Of a stretch of 64,000 nt of DNA, positions 20,555-29,459 are shown piece after piece; the first letter of the stretch is position 1, and the number at the start of each line of letters is the position of its first letter. The notes under the pieces were generated by a model. The model ran no database searches, was not told the origin of the DNA, and was given only the letters and a program-made list of their open reading frames with translations. A program made the position numbers and the translations under genes. Source of the stretch: Anaerolineae bacterium (GTDB lineage Bacteria > Chloroflexota > Anaerolineae > Anaerolineales > E44-bin32); assembly GCA_011174845.1 (NCBI GenBank), contig DUEW01000102.1:2989-66988 (forward strand). The letters are read 5' to 3'.

Positions 20555-21703
20555 ATGATCTACAGACTTGATCCAGCAAGGTATAAAACGGTCCGCCCCC
20601 TTTTCCATAAACTAGAAGAGTACCAACCCATGTGTTCTGCCGTGCTTGATGGAGTCTATCCGGGGAAAGTGTTTGTGGATGACCTCAAGCACCCTGAGAC
20701 AGCGTTTTTAAGCACATTCATAAGCGGTGAGGATGAGGGTGTGTGGGGATTTCTCGCTGGAGAACCCCGCAATGATCTGTTCAATAACACATTGAACAAG
20801 GCGATCTCCAATCGGGAAATCATCAGCGAAAACACTCCGATAGTCTTCTTCAGTTGCCATCCCGAAGATTGGTATGGGCAATTGCCAATCGTATTACATC
20901 CTCACCAACCTATACCAGTGTTGCGACGGCATTACGAATGTCATGATATTGAATCTGACAGGCGTTCCGATATCCCTGAAGGGTATGATATCCGCCGCCT
21001 GGACAAGACGCTCCAATCCCTCCCAGGTTTGAGGATTCCAGATGATGTCAGCAAGATATTAAAGAAGTGGCGATCGATCAAAGAACCTGGGTTTCTTGAC
21101 TTTGGGTTTGTGTGCATCCATGGTGATCGAATTGTGTCCTGGGCGACGGTAGACTTTGTCTCTGGTGGCGTTGGCGAGGCTGGGATTTTCACGCTGGAGG
21201 GATACAGGCGACGTGGGTTGTCAACAGTTGTGACCGCAGCAGCAATGGAGCACGGTCTGTCCCATGGGTTATCGAAGATCCATTGGACATGCGCTGAGAC
21301 GAATATCGCGTCTATTCGCACTGCGGAAAAATTGGGCTTTGAACGGGGGCGAGATTACACGATGTATTACTTGATCTTCGATGAGGTACAGCATTTGGGC
21401 AACCTAGCGTACTCCCACTTACAGAACGGACGCTACCGAGAAGCGGTAGATATATTTGAGAAGAACCTTGTTCCAAGGAATGATTTACCCCTCTGGGCGT
21501 ATTACGATGCTGCGCGTGCGTGGGCGGGGTTGGGGAATCAGGATAAGATGTTTAGGTATCTCAATACGCTCGCTGAAAGAGGATGGACCGAAGTCGAAGA
21601 ATTAGAGAACTGCAAGGAATTCGAACCCTGGCGCAAGACGCGTGAATGGGAAGCTTTAATGGAACGTATGCGAGGAGATAAAAACGAATTAGACGTAAGT
21701 TAA
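20555..21703 (+). CDS. GNAT-domain protein with a helical-repeat C-terminal region
   Basis: Central acetyl-CoA motif YRRRGLSTVVTAAAMEHG...IRTAEKLGFE. The C-terminal ~90 aa look TPR-like. Confidence 0.6.
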   Translation: MIYRLDPARYKTVRPLFHKLEEYQPMCSAVLDGVYPGKVFVDDLKHPETAFLSTFISGEDEGVWGFLAGEPRNDLFNNTLNKAISNREIISENTPIVFFSCHPEDWYGQLPIVLHPHQPIPVLRRHYECHDIESDRRSDIPEGYDIRRLDKTLQSLPGLRIPDDVSKILKKWRSIKEPGFLDFGFVCIHGDRIVSWATVDFVSGGVGEAGIFTLEGYRRRGLSTVVTAAAMEHGLSHGLSKIHWTCAETNIASIRTAEKLGFERGRDYTMYYLIFDEVQHLGNLAYSHLQNGRYREAVDIFEKNLVPRNDLPLWAYYDAARAWAGLGNQDKMFRYLNTLAERGWTEVEELENCKEFEPWRKTREWEALMERMRGDKNELDVS

Positions 21704-21889
21704 AACATCAAATAGTAGATCTCCCTCATCAAAATCCAGAGAATATTATGATGATGATCGTCTCATTTCCACTCCATTGTTCGAGTCTTGTCATGACTCT
21801 GTAGACGTTAGATGGGTTGAAAGCGAACCGCTCACCTGATATCGTGATGTCCGAATAATCCTGTACTCGAAAGAAGAAGAGAGCTAAAG

Positions 21890-22738
21890 ATGCGTTATGG
21901 AATTTATTTACCAAACTTTGGAGAAGAGACCGATGCTCGGGCACTTGCTGAATTGGCGAGAGAGGCTGAGGCCGAGGGATGGGATGGTTTTTTTCTTTGG
22001 GATCATATTCTCTATAGCAAGAGCCAGAAGCTGCCGATGGTGGACCCTTGGGTCGCTCTTACGGCAGTTGCCATGAGCACAGAGAGAATACGTTTTGGCA
22101 CTACCGTCACACCTGTAGCACGCCGCCGACCATGGAAATTAGCTAGAGAGACCTCCACTCTCGATAGATTATCAGGTGGGCGTTTAATTCTTAGTGTAGG
22201 GCTGGGTGATCCTCCAGACGTTGAATTCGACTACTTCGGGGAAGAAGCCGATGACCGAGTCCGAGCAGCGAAGCTCGATGAGGGCTTGGATATTCTCGTT
22301 GGACTTTGGCGTGGTAAGCCGTTTCAATTTCAGGGAGAGCACTATCGTATCAAGAAAATGGTCTTCCGACCAAAACCGATGCAATCGCCTCGAATACCGA
22401 TATGGGTAGGGGGCTTTTGGCCTAATCGAGCGCCCTTCCAACGAGCAGCAAAATGGGACGGTGTCATCCCACTAAAGAAAGGTGGAAGGATGCAACCGCA
22501 AGATGTTCAGGATATTTTAACGTTTATTCATGAGCATCGAGAAAGCAAAGAGCCTTTCGATGTCGCGATCATCGGAAGCCGTTGGACGGGTGGGAAAGGT
22601 GGATTGAAGGGGAAGGAGAAAGTGGCTTCTTTCCATGAGCAAGGCGCTACATGGTGGCTAGAAAGCCTTTATATGAGCCGAAACTCATTGCAGGAGATGC
22701 GATCGCAAATCCAACTTGGACCTCCACGGATTGATTGA
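21890..22738 (+). CDS. LLM-class (luciferase-like) flavin/F420-dependent oxidoreductase
   Basis: MRYGIYLPNFGE..., AEAEGWDGFFLWDH and LDRLSGGRLILSVGLG blocks are typical of the LLM family. Confidence 0.75.
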   Translation: MRYGIYLPNFGEETDARALAELAREAEAEGWDGFFLWDHILYSKSQKLPMVDPWVALTAVAMSTERIRFGTTVTPVARRRPWKLARETSTLDRLSGGRLILSVGLGDPPDVEFDYFGEEADDRVRAAKLDEGLDILVGLWRGKPFQFQGEHYRIKKMVFRPKPMQSPRIPIWVGGFWPNRAPFQRAAKWDGVIPLKKGGRMQPQDVQDILTFIHEHRESKEPFDVAIIGSRWTGGKGGLKGKEKVASFHEQGATWWLESLYMSRNSLQEMRSQIQLGPPRID

Positions 22739-22747
22739 GAATGTCAG

Positions 22748-22769
22748 GGAGGATTAAGACTAATCCTCC
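22748..22769 (+). terminator. Stem-loop downstream of the LLM gene
   Basis: ggaggatta-agac-taatcctcc is a perfect 9-bp stem 10 nt after the stop, followed by tcctgttt. Confidence 0.45.
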
Positions 22770-22911
22770 TCCTGTTTAAGTGGAAAAGGAAAAAAAGTTA
22801 TTAGTCATTTTAGTTTTATGGACAGGAATTACAAAGGATTTTAATTCGTGCAATTATTTCGAGGTTAATGGGTGCTTATCCGGTCGTCTATGACTTTAAC
22901 AGGAGCTTGAA

Positions 22912-23472
22912 ATGGAACTACTCCCTGAACTGAAGATCGGATTACTCAACGGATGGCTTCCGTTGATCCTTTTTTACACGATTTTCGGACTCATGTTGCT
23001 AAGTTTCCCTAAAAGTGTTGTTGCGCGACTTTACGACCGGTCAGGTTGGACCGAGAAACAAAAAACTCTCTCAGCATTCGGTAAGCTCTTTATGTTTTCC
23101 TGGATATTCATCGCAATCTTCACCCCCATTAAACTCAGCCAGGGGGCATTTGTTCTTGGGTGCCTTCTCTATGCACTTGGATTAGCAGGAATCGTTGTAG
23201 CCCTGTTGAACTATAAAGACACCCCACTTGATCGGCCCGTCACGATAGGGCTTTATAAAGTCTCGAGAAACCCGCAACAGATCACTATTCTCATACTGTT
23301 TCTCGGCATCAGTTTTGCAGTCGGATCTTGGCTTGCGGTGTTCCTTCTCGCGATCGGTGCGGTTATGGCACACATTCGCATTCTTGCAGAAGAGAAATCA
23401 TGTTTAGAACAATATGGTGTTTCCTATAAAAATTACATGGAACAAGTGCCTCGATATTTTGTATTTCTTTAA
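22912..23472 (+). CDS. ICMT-like membrane methyltransferase (paralogue 3)
   Basis: Multi-TM protein with LYKVSRNPQQITILILFLG and a C-terminal AEEKSCLEQYG..YKNYM..VPRYF pattern. Confidence 0.6.
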   Translation: MELLPELKIGLLNGWLPLILFYTIFGLMLLSFPKSVVARLYDRSGWTEKQKTLSAFGKLFMFSWIFIAIFTPIKLSQGAFVLGCLLYALGLAGIVVALLNYKDTPLDRPVTIGLYKVSRNPQQITILILFLGISFAVGSWLAVFLLAIGAVMAHIRILAEEKSCLEQYGVSYKNYMEQVPRYFVFL

Positions 23473-23554
23473 GGCGTGTTTTCATAAGCTAGACTCTCGT
23501 TCTTGGACGTCAGTCACCATCACCGTTCGAGAATTTGATTAGAAGGGCTCGAAG

Positions 23555-24007
23555 ATGAAACCAAGTGACATATTCTCACACTGGAAACAAGTCCGTGCTG
23601 ACCTGCTTTCTACGATAGATCTGTTCAACGAAGATGAACTTTCTTATACTCCTGGCACAACTTCACGAACTGTAGGTAGGACGATGCTTCATATCGCCGA
23701 TGCGGAGGATGGGTGGTTTCGCTATGTTGTGACCAAGGAACTCAGTGAGTGGCCAAAACAATTCACTTTAGAGAATTATCCAAACCGAGAGGCGATCAAA
23801 AAGGTGTTGACAGAAGTTCACACAAGTACGGAGGCGTACCTAGATATCATGGAGGAATCCGATCTGACTCAGATGATCGAATCGCCTTGGGGAGATAAAT
23901 TCCACTTGGGTTGGATTGTTTGGCATGTGTTGGAGCATGAGATTCACCATCGAGGCGAATTATCGATGATCCTGGGACTGCTGGGCAGGGAAGGTCTAGA
24001 TGTTTAA
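23555..24007 (+). CDS. DinB-family four-helix-bundle protein
   Basis: About 150 aa. His triad pattern (LHIADAE..W ... HEIHHRGEL) is characteristic of DinB/YfiT-like proteins. Confidence 0.7.
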   Translation: MKPSDIFSHWKQVRADLLSTIDLFNEDELSYTPGTTSRTVGRTMLHIADAEDGWFRYVVTKELSEWPKQFTLENYPNREAIKKVLTEVHTSTEAYLDIMEESDLTQMIESPWGDKFHLGWIVWHVLEHEIHHRGELSMILGLLGREGLDV

Positions 24008-24058
24008 AGAACAATCTTTTCGTATTCCTGTGATCTCGTAGAGGAGTAGTTTGTAATC

Positions 24059-24406
24059 ATGAAATCTGTGGAAGTAGATAAATATCTCGCTGACCTTGAT
24101 CCTGATCGCAAGGCAGCGCTGGAAACGATCAGGTCACTCATCTTCGATACCATCCCCGGCGTGGTCGAAACCATGAAATACCGTATGCCTACGTATGAAT
24201 TGGAGGACGTGGTTTGTGCCGTGGCTTCTCAAAAACATTACATGAGTTTGTATATGGATACGTTCCTGGTAGAGAAATACAGATCCACATTAGGTAATTT
24301 GGACATTGGAAAGAGCTGCATCCGATTCAAGAGGATAAACGATCTACCCCTGAATATAGTAAAGAAGATCTTAGTAGAAACGGTGAAGAGGAAAGGGCGG
24401 GCGTAA
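24059..24406 (+). CDS. DUF1801 (YdhG-like) domain protein
   Basis: Size and pattern (YL..L...R..AL..IR.LI....P...E...Y.MP.Y.......A.....K.Y.SLY) match the family. Confidence 0.6.
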   Translation: MKSVEVDKYLADLDPDRKAALETIRSLIFDTIPGVVETMKYRMPTYELEDVVCAVASQKHYMSLYMDTFLVEKYRSTLGNLDIGKSCIRFKRINDLPLNIVKKILVETVKRKGRA

Positions 24407-24770
24407 GTCAATAAGGTATGAATCGCGCCGTGGAACTATCTCGGGTGTGATTCTTGTAGCTTATGTTGTGGTTACAGGATACAGTTCAGTGAAATGGAAA
24501 AAGAACTCTGTAAACTATGTCATCCGATCGAGACGTGAAGGGATGGCTGAGTGCGTAAAATATCAGGGAGTCAATGGGTTCCTCTGAGTGTGTTTCATTG
24601 AGAACGACTCGAGTGGTTAAGCAGAGATATCAGAGAGTTATAATATTCTATGCAGTAACTTTGATCTATGGATCAATAATGTTTGAAAAATGATAGTAGA
24701 GTAAGAGCAAAGCGTTAAATACACGACGAACCTGGAAGAGCGATCGAATACCCAAGAGCCTTTTTTTGCC

Positions 24771-25757
24771 ATGCCTACGAATCTACCCCCTGATTATTTT
24801 GAAGTGGAGAAACGATATCGTTCGGCTACTTCAGCCGAGGAAAAGATCATTTGTCTCCAAGATATGCTCAGCGTCATTCCAAAGCACAAAGGCACGGACA
24901 AATTAAGGGGCGATCTACGGAGGAAACTCTCTAAGTTAAAGGCCTCCTCTCAGGCTCGAAAAGGCATCAGTAAACGAACATCCGCTTACAGCATCGACAA
25001 AGAGGGTGCTGGATTGGCGGTACTCGTCGGTCTCAGCAACGTGGGCAAGTCAGCTCTACTTGCAACCTTAACGAACGCGGATCCTGAAGTGGCAAATGTC
25101 CCCTTCACCACCTGGAGCCCTACTCCGGGCATGATGCCGGTGGAGAATATCCAGGTCCAATTGGTGGACACACCATCATTGAACCGGGATTTTGTGGAAT
25201 CGGAGTTAATGGATCTTATCCGTAGATCTGACATCCTCCTACTGGTTGTGGACCTAAAAGCGGATCCTATTAAGCAACTTGAGGAAACCGTCGATATATT
25301 GCGTGAACACCGAATCACACCTATCCATCAGAAAGACCAGGTCACGGAAGTATATCGCCACACCTTCAAGCCGATTTTTGTTTTGGTAAATAAATACGAT
25401 GATGAAGATATGGATGAAATTTTTGAGATCTTTCAAGAGCTGCTTGAAGGTGCTTGGCCATTAATTCCGGTGTCTGCATCGACGGGTCGTAATCTTGAAG
25501 AGTTAAAGCGCGTAGTATTCGAGTGCTTAGATGTCATCCGTGTTTACTCAAAAGCCCCCGGAAGGGAACCCGACTATAACGCGCCTTTTATTTTGAAGAG
25601 CGGATCCACCGTCGATGATTTCGCCGGAAAGGTCCATCAGGATTTCCTGCAAAATTTAAAATTCGCTCGTGTATGGGGTAGTGCTGCATTTGAGGGGCAG
25701 ATGGTGGGGCGAGATTACGTGCTCCATGATGGCGATGTAGTTGAGTTGCGTATTTAG
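24771..25757 (+). CDS. OBG-class GTPase of the DRG type with a C-terminal TGS domain
   Basis: G1 GLSNVGKS, G4 NKYD. The C-terminus IRVYSKAPGREPDYNAPFIL..GSTVDDFAGKVHQDF...FARVWG aligns by eye with the eukaryotic/archaeal DRG TGS region. Confidence 0.75.
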   Translation: MPTNLPPDYFEVEKRYRSATSAEEKIICLQDMLSVIPKHKGTDKLRGDLRRKLSKLKASSQARKGISKRTSAYSIDKEGAGLAVLVGLSNVGKSALLATLTNADPEVANVPFTTWSPTPGMMPVENIQVQLVDTPSLNRDFVESELMDLIRRSDILLLVVDLKADPIKQLEETVDILREHRITPIHQKDQVTEVYRHTFKPIFVLVNKYDDEDMDEIFEIFQELLEGAWPLIPVSASTGRNLEELKRVVFECLDVIRVYSKAPGREPDYNAPFILKSGSTVDDFAGKVHQDFLQNLKFARVWGSAAFEGQMVGRDYVLHDGDVVELRI

Positions 25758-26193
25758 ATCCAAACCACAGCTATTGAAAAACCTGTGATCACTATTCGTT
25801 CCCTGCACATCATTGTGCTGGGGCACTGATCATGTCCGTTACAGTCTCGTGGGACGAGGTCGAGGGAGTGTTTTTGTGTTAAATCCCGCCTTCTCAACAT
25901 GCGATATAGAGCGATTGCCCGCCTGCTCTGAGGTGAACTTGGGCCTCTTTTAAGGCTCATGGTTTCGAGGGCGCTATTGAGATCGAGTCGTTGAACTGAG
26001 CGACTCAATATTCACTCGTAGGACAACCCCTCGCGTGATGTGTTTCGAATGAGGTGAATTTATGGTGCTATGATAGATGAGATGCTCTTGGAGCACCGAT
26101 TTTAATTGTGATTCTGCTGTGCTTCATAATCATCTTGATCAGACATACTGATCATCCAATGATTCTCGGATATATTCTGATGGGAGACTCAAA

Positions 26194-26565
26194 ATGGAGA
26201 AAACTTTCTACGATCGGTCTGGTATGCCTGTCGTTTATTCGGAGGCTGGGATGCACATACATGCCTACAGCGGTCACGCTATAGGTCACATCCATGAGGA
26301 TTCAATCTATGACTATTCAGGAAAACATCTCGGCTGGTTTATCGATGGCTGGGTAAGAGATCATTCTGGACGTTGTGTGTTTTTCACAGATGAAGCAACC
26401 GGTGGTCCGGTGATACCATTGAAAGGTAAACAACCAGCGAAAGTCGTGAAGCAGATCCCTCCAGCTAAAGGTGTCAGGAAGGCGAAACCTAGGGAGCGAA
26501 AGGAGCTGCCCTTTTGGTCAGCTCTCACCGGTGTGCAGTTCTTCGAGTGGTATTGCTCCTTGTAA
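26194..26565 (+). CDS. Hypothetical protein, probably of the '4-fold beta flower' repeat family, with a Lys/Pro-rich tail
   Basis: Repeated short beta-hairpin-like units (FYDRSGMPVVY / IHAYSGHAIGHI / IYDYSGKHLGWF / VRDHSGRCVFF). Family name is from memory. Confidence 0.5.
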   Translation: MEKTFYDRSGMPVVYSEAGMHIHAYSGHAIGHIHEDSIYDYSGKHLGWFIDGWVRDHSGRCVFFTDEATGGPVIPLKGKQPAKVVKQIPPAKGVRKAKPRERKELPFWSALTGVQFFEWYCSL

Positions 26566-26575
26566 AGGGAGCGTG

Positions 26576-27139
26576 ATGGATTCTACGATCCTTGTGACGG
26601 AGATGAAGAAAAAGGATCTACCTTTTCTCTTCGATCTATGGCATACACATGACGTGATGCGTTATGCCGATGAGTTTCCTCGATTAAGGGGTTGGTCCAA
26701 ATCCGAAGATCTCAACGACGCGTGGAAGCGTTATCAAGAAAAGCGTGGGAAATCAGGCAAAGAATATACTCAGTTAATCCTTAGATTGGGTGATGAAAAG
26801 CCGATCGGTGAATCTTTTTTTGCATCCCTGGAAGAAGGGGCAACCTTTGGTAAATGGCGCAAACCTGAAAGGGTGATTTGTGTGATGGGTGATATAAAGC
26901 TCCTTCCACAGTATTGGGGTCAAGGGATGGGTACGGATGGCATGAGGAAGGTTGTTCGCTATGTTTTTTCAGAGACAGCCTGTGAGTTGTTTGTCGTTCC
27001 ACCACATAGGAAGAACCCTGCGGCCCAGAGAGTCTATGAGAAAGCCGGTTTCGTTATATTCACAGGAATGAGATCCTGGCGTAATCATAAAATCATGGAG
27101 ATGTCGAAAGAGATGTACCGGAAGCACTATGGCGATTAA
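26576..27139 (+). CDS. GNAT-family N-acetyltransferase
   Basis: AAGGGAG RBS before ATG 26576. Contains YWGQGMGTDGMRKVVRYVF and NPAAQRVYEKAGF. The upstream part of the tracked ORF overlaps the preceding gene. Confidence 0.7.
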   Translation: MDSTILVTEMKKKDLPFLFDLWHTHDVMRYADEFPRLRGWSKSEDLNDAWKRYQEKRGKSGKEYTQLILRLGDEKPIGESFFASLEEGATFGKWRKPERVICVMGDIKLLPQYWGQGMGTDGMRKVVRYVFSETACELFVVPPHRKNPAAQRVYEKAGFVIFTGMRSWRNHKIMEMSKEMYRKHYGD

Positions 27140-27157
27140 GGTTTCGCATGCTACATG

Positions 27158-27220
27158 GGCACCTAGGCACCATGGCACCCTGGCGCCTGTGAGCCTAAGT
27201 GCCCAGGTGCCAGGGTGCAC
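27158..27220. repeat. Phased GGCACC octamer array forming a long hairpin between convergent genes
   Basis: GGCACCTA GGCACCAT GGCACCCT GGCGCCTG (27158-27189), followed by inverted GGTGCC-type copies. 27175-27189 pairs with 27203-27217 over about 15 bp with one G-U pair. There is no U-tract on either strand. Confidence 0.5.
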
Positions 27221-27251
27221 GATCGCTCTTTAGATGATGATTCGCTTTCCC

Positions 27252-27749
27252 TTACTCTTCAATCGACAAATAGAGATCAAATGACAGACGATCGAACATG
27301 GATTCATCGATGGGAAGCATGCCCTCTGATGTGATGAAAAGCTCGGGGGTGAGGGCTTCCTCAAGACACTGAAGATTCCCCATCCTGTAGTTGCTATCTT
27401 CTTGCCATAGAACCAATTGTTTCCATACCTCAGTGATGTTGCTGAGATTGCATCTTGCTACGGCAAAAATGCCACCAGGAAACTCTTTCGCTTTGATCTC
27501 TCCCTCAACTTCCATATTAGGGTCAATCACGACCCATTGTTCATAGCCGTAATTAGGGCTTCCTGGTGACGGGTTTGGATTATTAAAACCGAAGAATCTG
27601 AGGGCTTTGAGATTATCCAACATGCCCTTCGACTCTGACCAATCGACGATCTTGTTCCAGGCTATCATTTCCGGGCTCTCACCGTAACCGAGAGCGTAGG
27701 CGACCCGCATAGGCTCAAGGTTTACTATACGTACTTCTAAATCGTTCAT
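27252..27749 (-). CDS. GyrI-like (AraC effector-binding fold) protein
   Basis: N-terminus VRIVNLEPMRVAY..GYG..PE..AW..I..W, central FGFNNP and C-terminal SFDLYLSIE match the pattern. It is divergent from the WYL regulator. Confidence 0.65.
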   Translation of the reverse strand: MNDLEVRIVNLEPMRVAYALGYGESPEMIAWNKIVDWSESKGMLDNLKALRFFGFNNPNPSPGSPNYGYEQWVVIDPNMEVEGEIKAKEFPGGIFAVARCNLSNITEVWKQLVLWQEDSNYRMGNLQCLEEALTPELFITSEGMLPIDESMFDRLSFDLYLSIEE

Positions 27750-27868
27750 CGAGTATTTTCCTCTCCTGCAGAATGATTTCTAAGCTTACAGTACAATATA
27801 TTACCTGACATCCTGTGTCATGATTTCATAGTAAGATAAGAAAGTCGCAGCTTTCGAGGGAACAAGCT

Positions 27869-28834
27869 ATGAGAGCAGACAGGTTACTCTCACTATTAAT
27901 GATTTTACAAACGGAAGGTCGCAAGACAGCCCAGGAACTAGCTGAGGAGCTCGAAGTATCAGAACGTACGATATATAGGGATATCGATGCTCTAAGCTTC
28001 GCAGGCGTCCCCGTGTATGCTGTGAGGGGACCTGGGGGCGGCTGTGACCTGCTCAATAGCTACCGCGTGAGTCTCACAGGCTTGAAAGAAGATGAGATAC
28101 AAGCATTATTCATGCTCAGATTACCCGCTCCTCTCGCACAATTGGGTGTCAGCCAAAAGCTAAAAACTGCTTTGCTTAAACTGACTGCTGCGTTGTCGAG
28201 CACTCCTCATCGCCAGGAACAATGGGTGAGTCAACGTATTCATGTGGATGTCGTACCCTGGTTTCAACCTGAAGAATCCGTGCCTCATTTGGGAACAATC
28301 CATCAAGCAGTATGTCAGGATCGTAGGATCCAGCTCACCTACCAATTGCATTTTGAAGCTAGGGCGACCTGGTTGGTTGATCCATATGGGCTGGTAACGA
28401 AGGCTGGAGTGTGGTATTTGGTGTGTTCCAGGGAAGGGAAAATCCGTGTATACCAAGTTGCCAAGATTTTAGACGCCAAGATATCCGATGACCACTTTGA
28501 TCGTCCAGAGGATTTCGACTTAGCAGCCTGTTGGAATACGTGGTGCATTGAAGCTGAGCAAGGCCGACCTCATTACCCGGTTAAAGTGCGGGTAGTACCT
28601 GAGCTGCTCCCTCATCTTCAGAGATTTTTTGGCGATTCTGTTCGCGAGCTGGTCAGGAAAGTAGAATCTCAGGATGAGGAATGGATCACATTAACCCTCC
28701 CCTTTGAAACTTTTTTCGCTGCTCGTGGTCGAATTCTTGGGTATGGAAGAGCGATCGAGGTGTTAGAGCCCGAAGCATTACGTTTAAGTATCATGGATTT
28801 CGCTTCACAAATTACCACCCTTTATTCGGATTGA
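27869..28834 (+). CDS. YafY-family transcriptional regulator (HTH + WYL + WCX domains)
   Basis: N-terminus MRADRLLSLLMILQTEGRKTAQELAEELEVSERTIYRDIDALSFAGVPV is the canonical HTH_11. A central YQLHFEA....VDPYGLV.K.GVWYLV segment is the WYL domain. Confidence 0.8.
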   Translation: MRADRLLSLLMILQTEGRKTAQELAEELEVSERTIYRDIDALSFAGVPVYAVRGPGGGCDLLNSYRVSLTGLKEDEIQALFMLRLPAPLAQLGVSQKLKTALLKLTAALSSTPHRQEQWVSQRIHVDVVPWFQPEESVPHLGTIHQAVCQDRRIQLTYQLHFEARATWLVDPYGLVTKAGVWYLVCSREGKIRVYQVAKILDAKISDDHFDRPEDFDLAACWNTWCIEAEQGRPHYPVKVRVVPELLPHLQRFFGDSVRELVRKVESQDEEWITLTLPFETFFAARGRILGYGRAIEVLEPEALRLSIMDFASQITTLYSD

Positions 28835-28947
28835 GATATTGACGATAATTGAAGCGTGCTCATGATGAAGTTAAAGAAGGTTTGGGATATTTGACAATGG
28901 CTCCTCGACGTCTTGGAGCGATCGCTGATTGAAGGGAAGAGTGAACC

Positions 28948-29451
28948 ATGGCGCATCCATTAGTTACCCAGTTGCGATTTTCCCGCAGTGAATTTGTTCG
29001 ATGCCTGAAGGGAGTTTCTGTGGAGGATGCTTTATGTCGAGTGAAGCCGATGAATTCCCTCAGTTGGATTGTGGGTCATTTAGCAAGCCAAGAGCATTTC
29101 TTGTGGGTTCAGATGGCTCAGGGCGAGAATATCGCTCCAGGATTGCAGGAATTGGTAGGTTTCGGAAGACCACCCACCACACCTCCTTGGGAGGAGATGT
29201 GGACACTTTGGCGAGATATCACCGAGGTAGCAGATAGGTTCCTTGATGATTTAACAGCCGAAATGTTATACACTCACCTTGAGTGGAAGGATAAGCCCAT
29301 TACCGAGAACATCGGTAGTACATTATTGAGGAACATATTCCACTATTGGTTTCACCTTGGCGAAGCTCATGCGATACGCCAACAGTTGGGTCATTCGGAT
29401 TTACCCCAATTTGTGGGTGACCTTTCGGAAGTCCGTTTCGATTCCAAATAG
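28948..29451 (+). CDS. DinB-family protein
   Basis: NSLSWIVGHLA..EHF, plus a C-terminal HYWFHLGEAHAIRQ histidine pattern. Confidence 0.65.
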   Translation: MAHPLVTQLRFSRSEFVRCLKGVSVEDALCRVKPMNSLSWIVGHLASQEHFLWVQMAQGENIAPGLQELVGFGRPPTTPPWEEMWTLWRDITEVADRFLDDLTAEMLYTHLEWKDKPITENIGSTLLRNIFHYWFHLGEAHAIRQQLGHSDLPQFVGDLSEVRFDSK

Positions 29452-29459
29452 CAGATGAC

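Noticed and set aside
25754-26008. 84-aa minus-strand ORF downstream of the GTPase gene
   Set aside because: It overlaps the GTPase stop, has Arg/Ser-rich composition and has no RBS. It is likely spurious, and the 435-nt gap remains unexplained.
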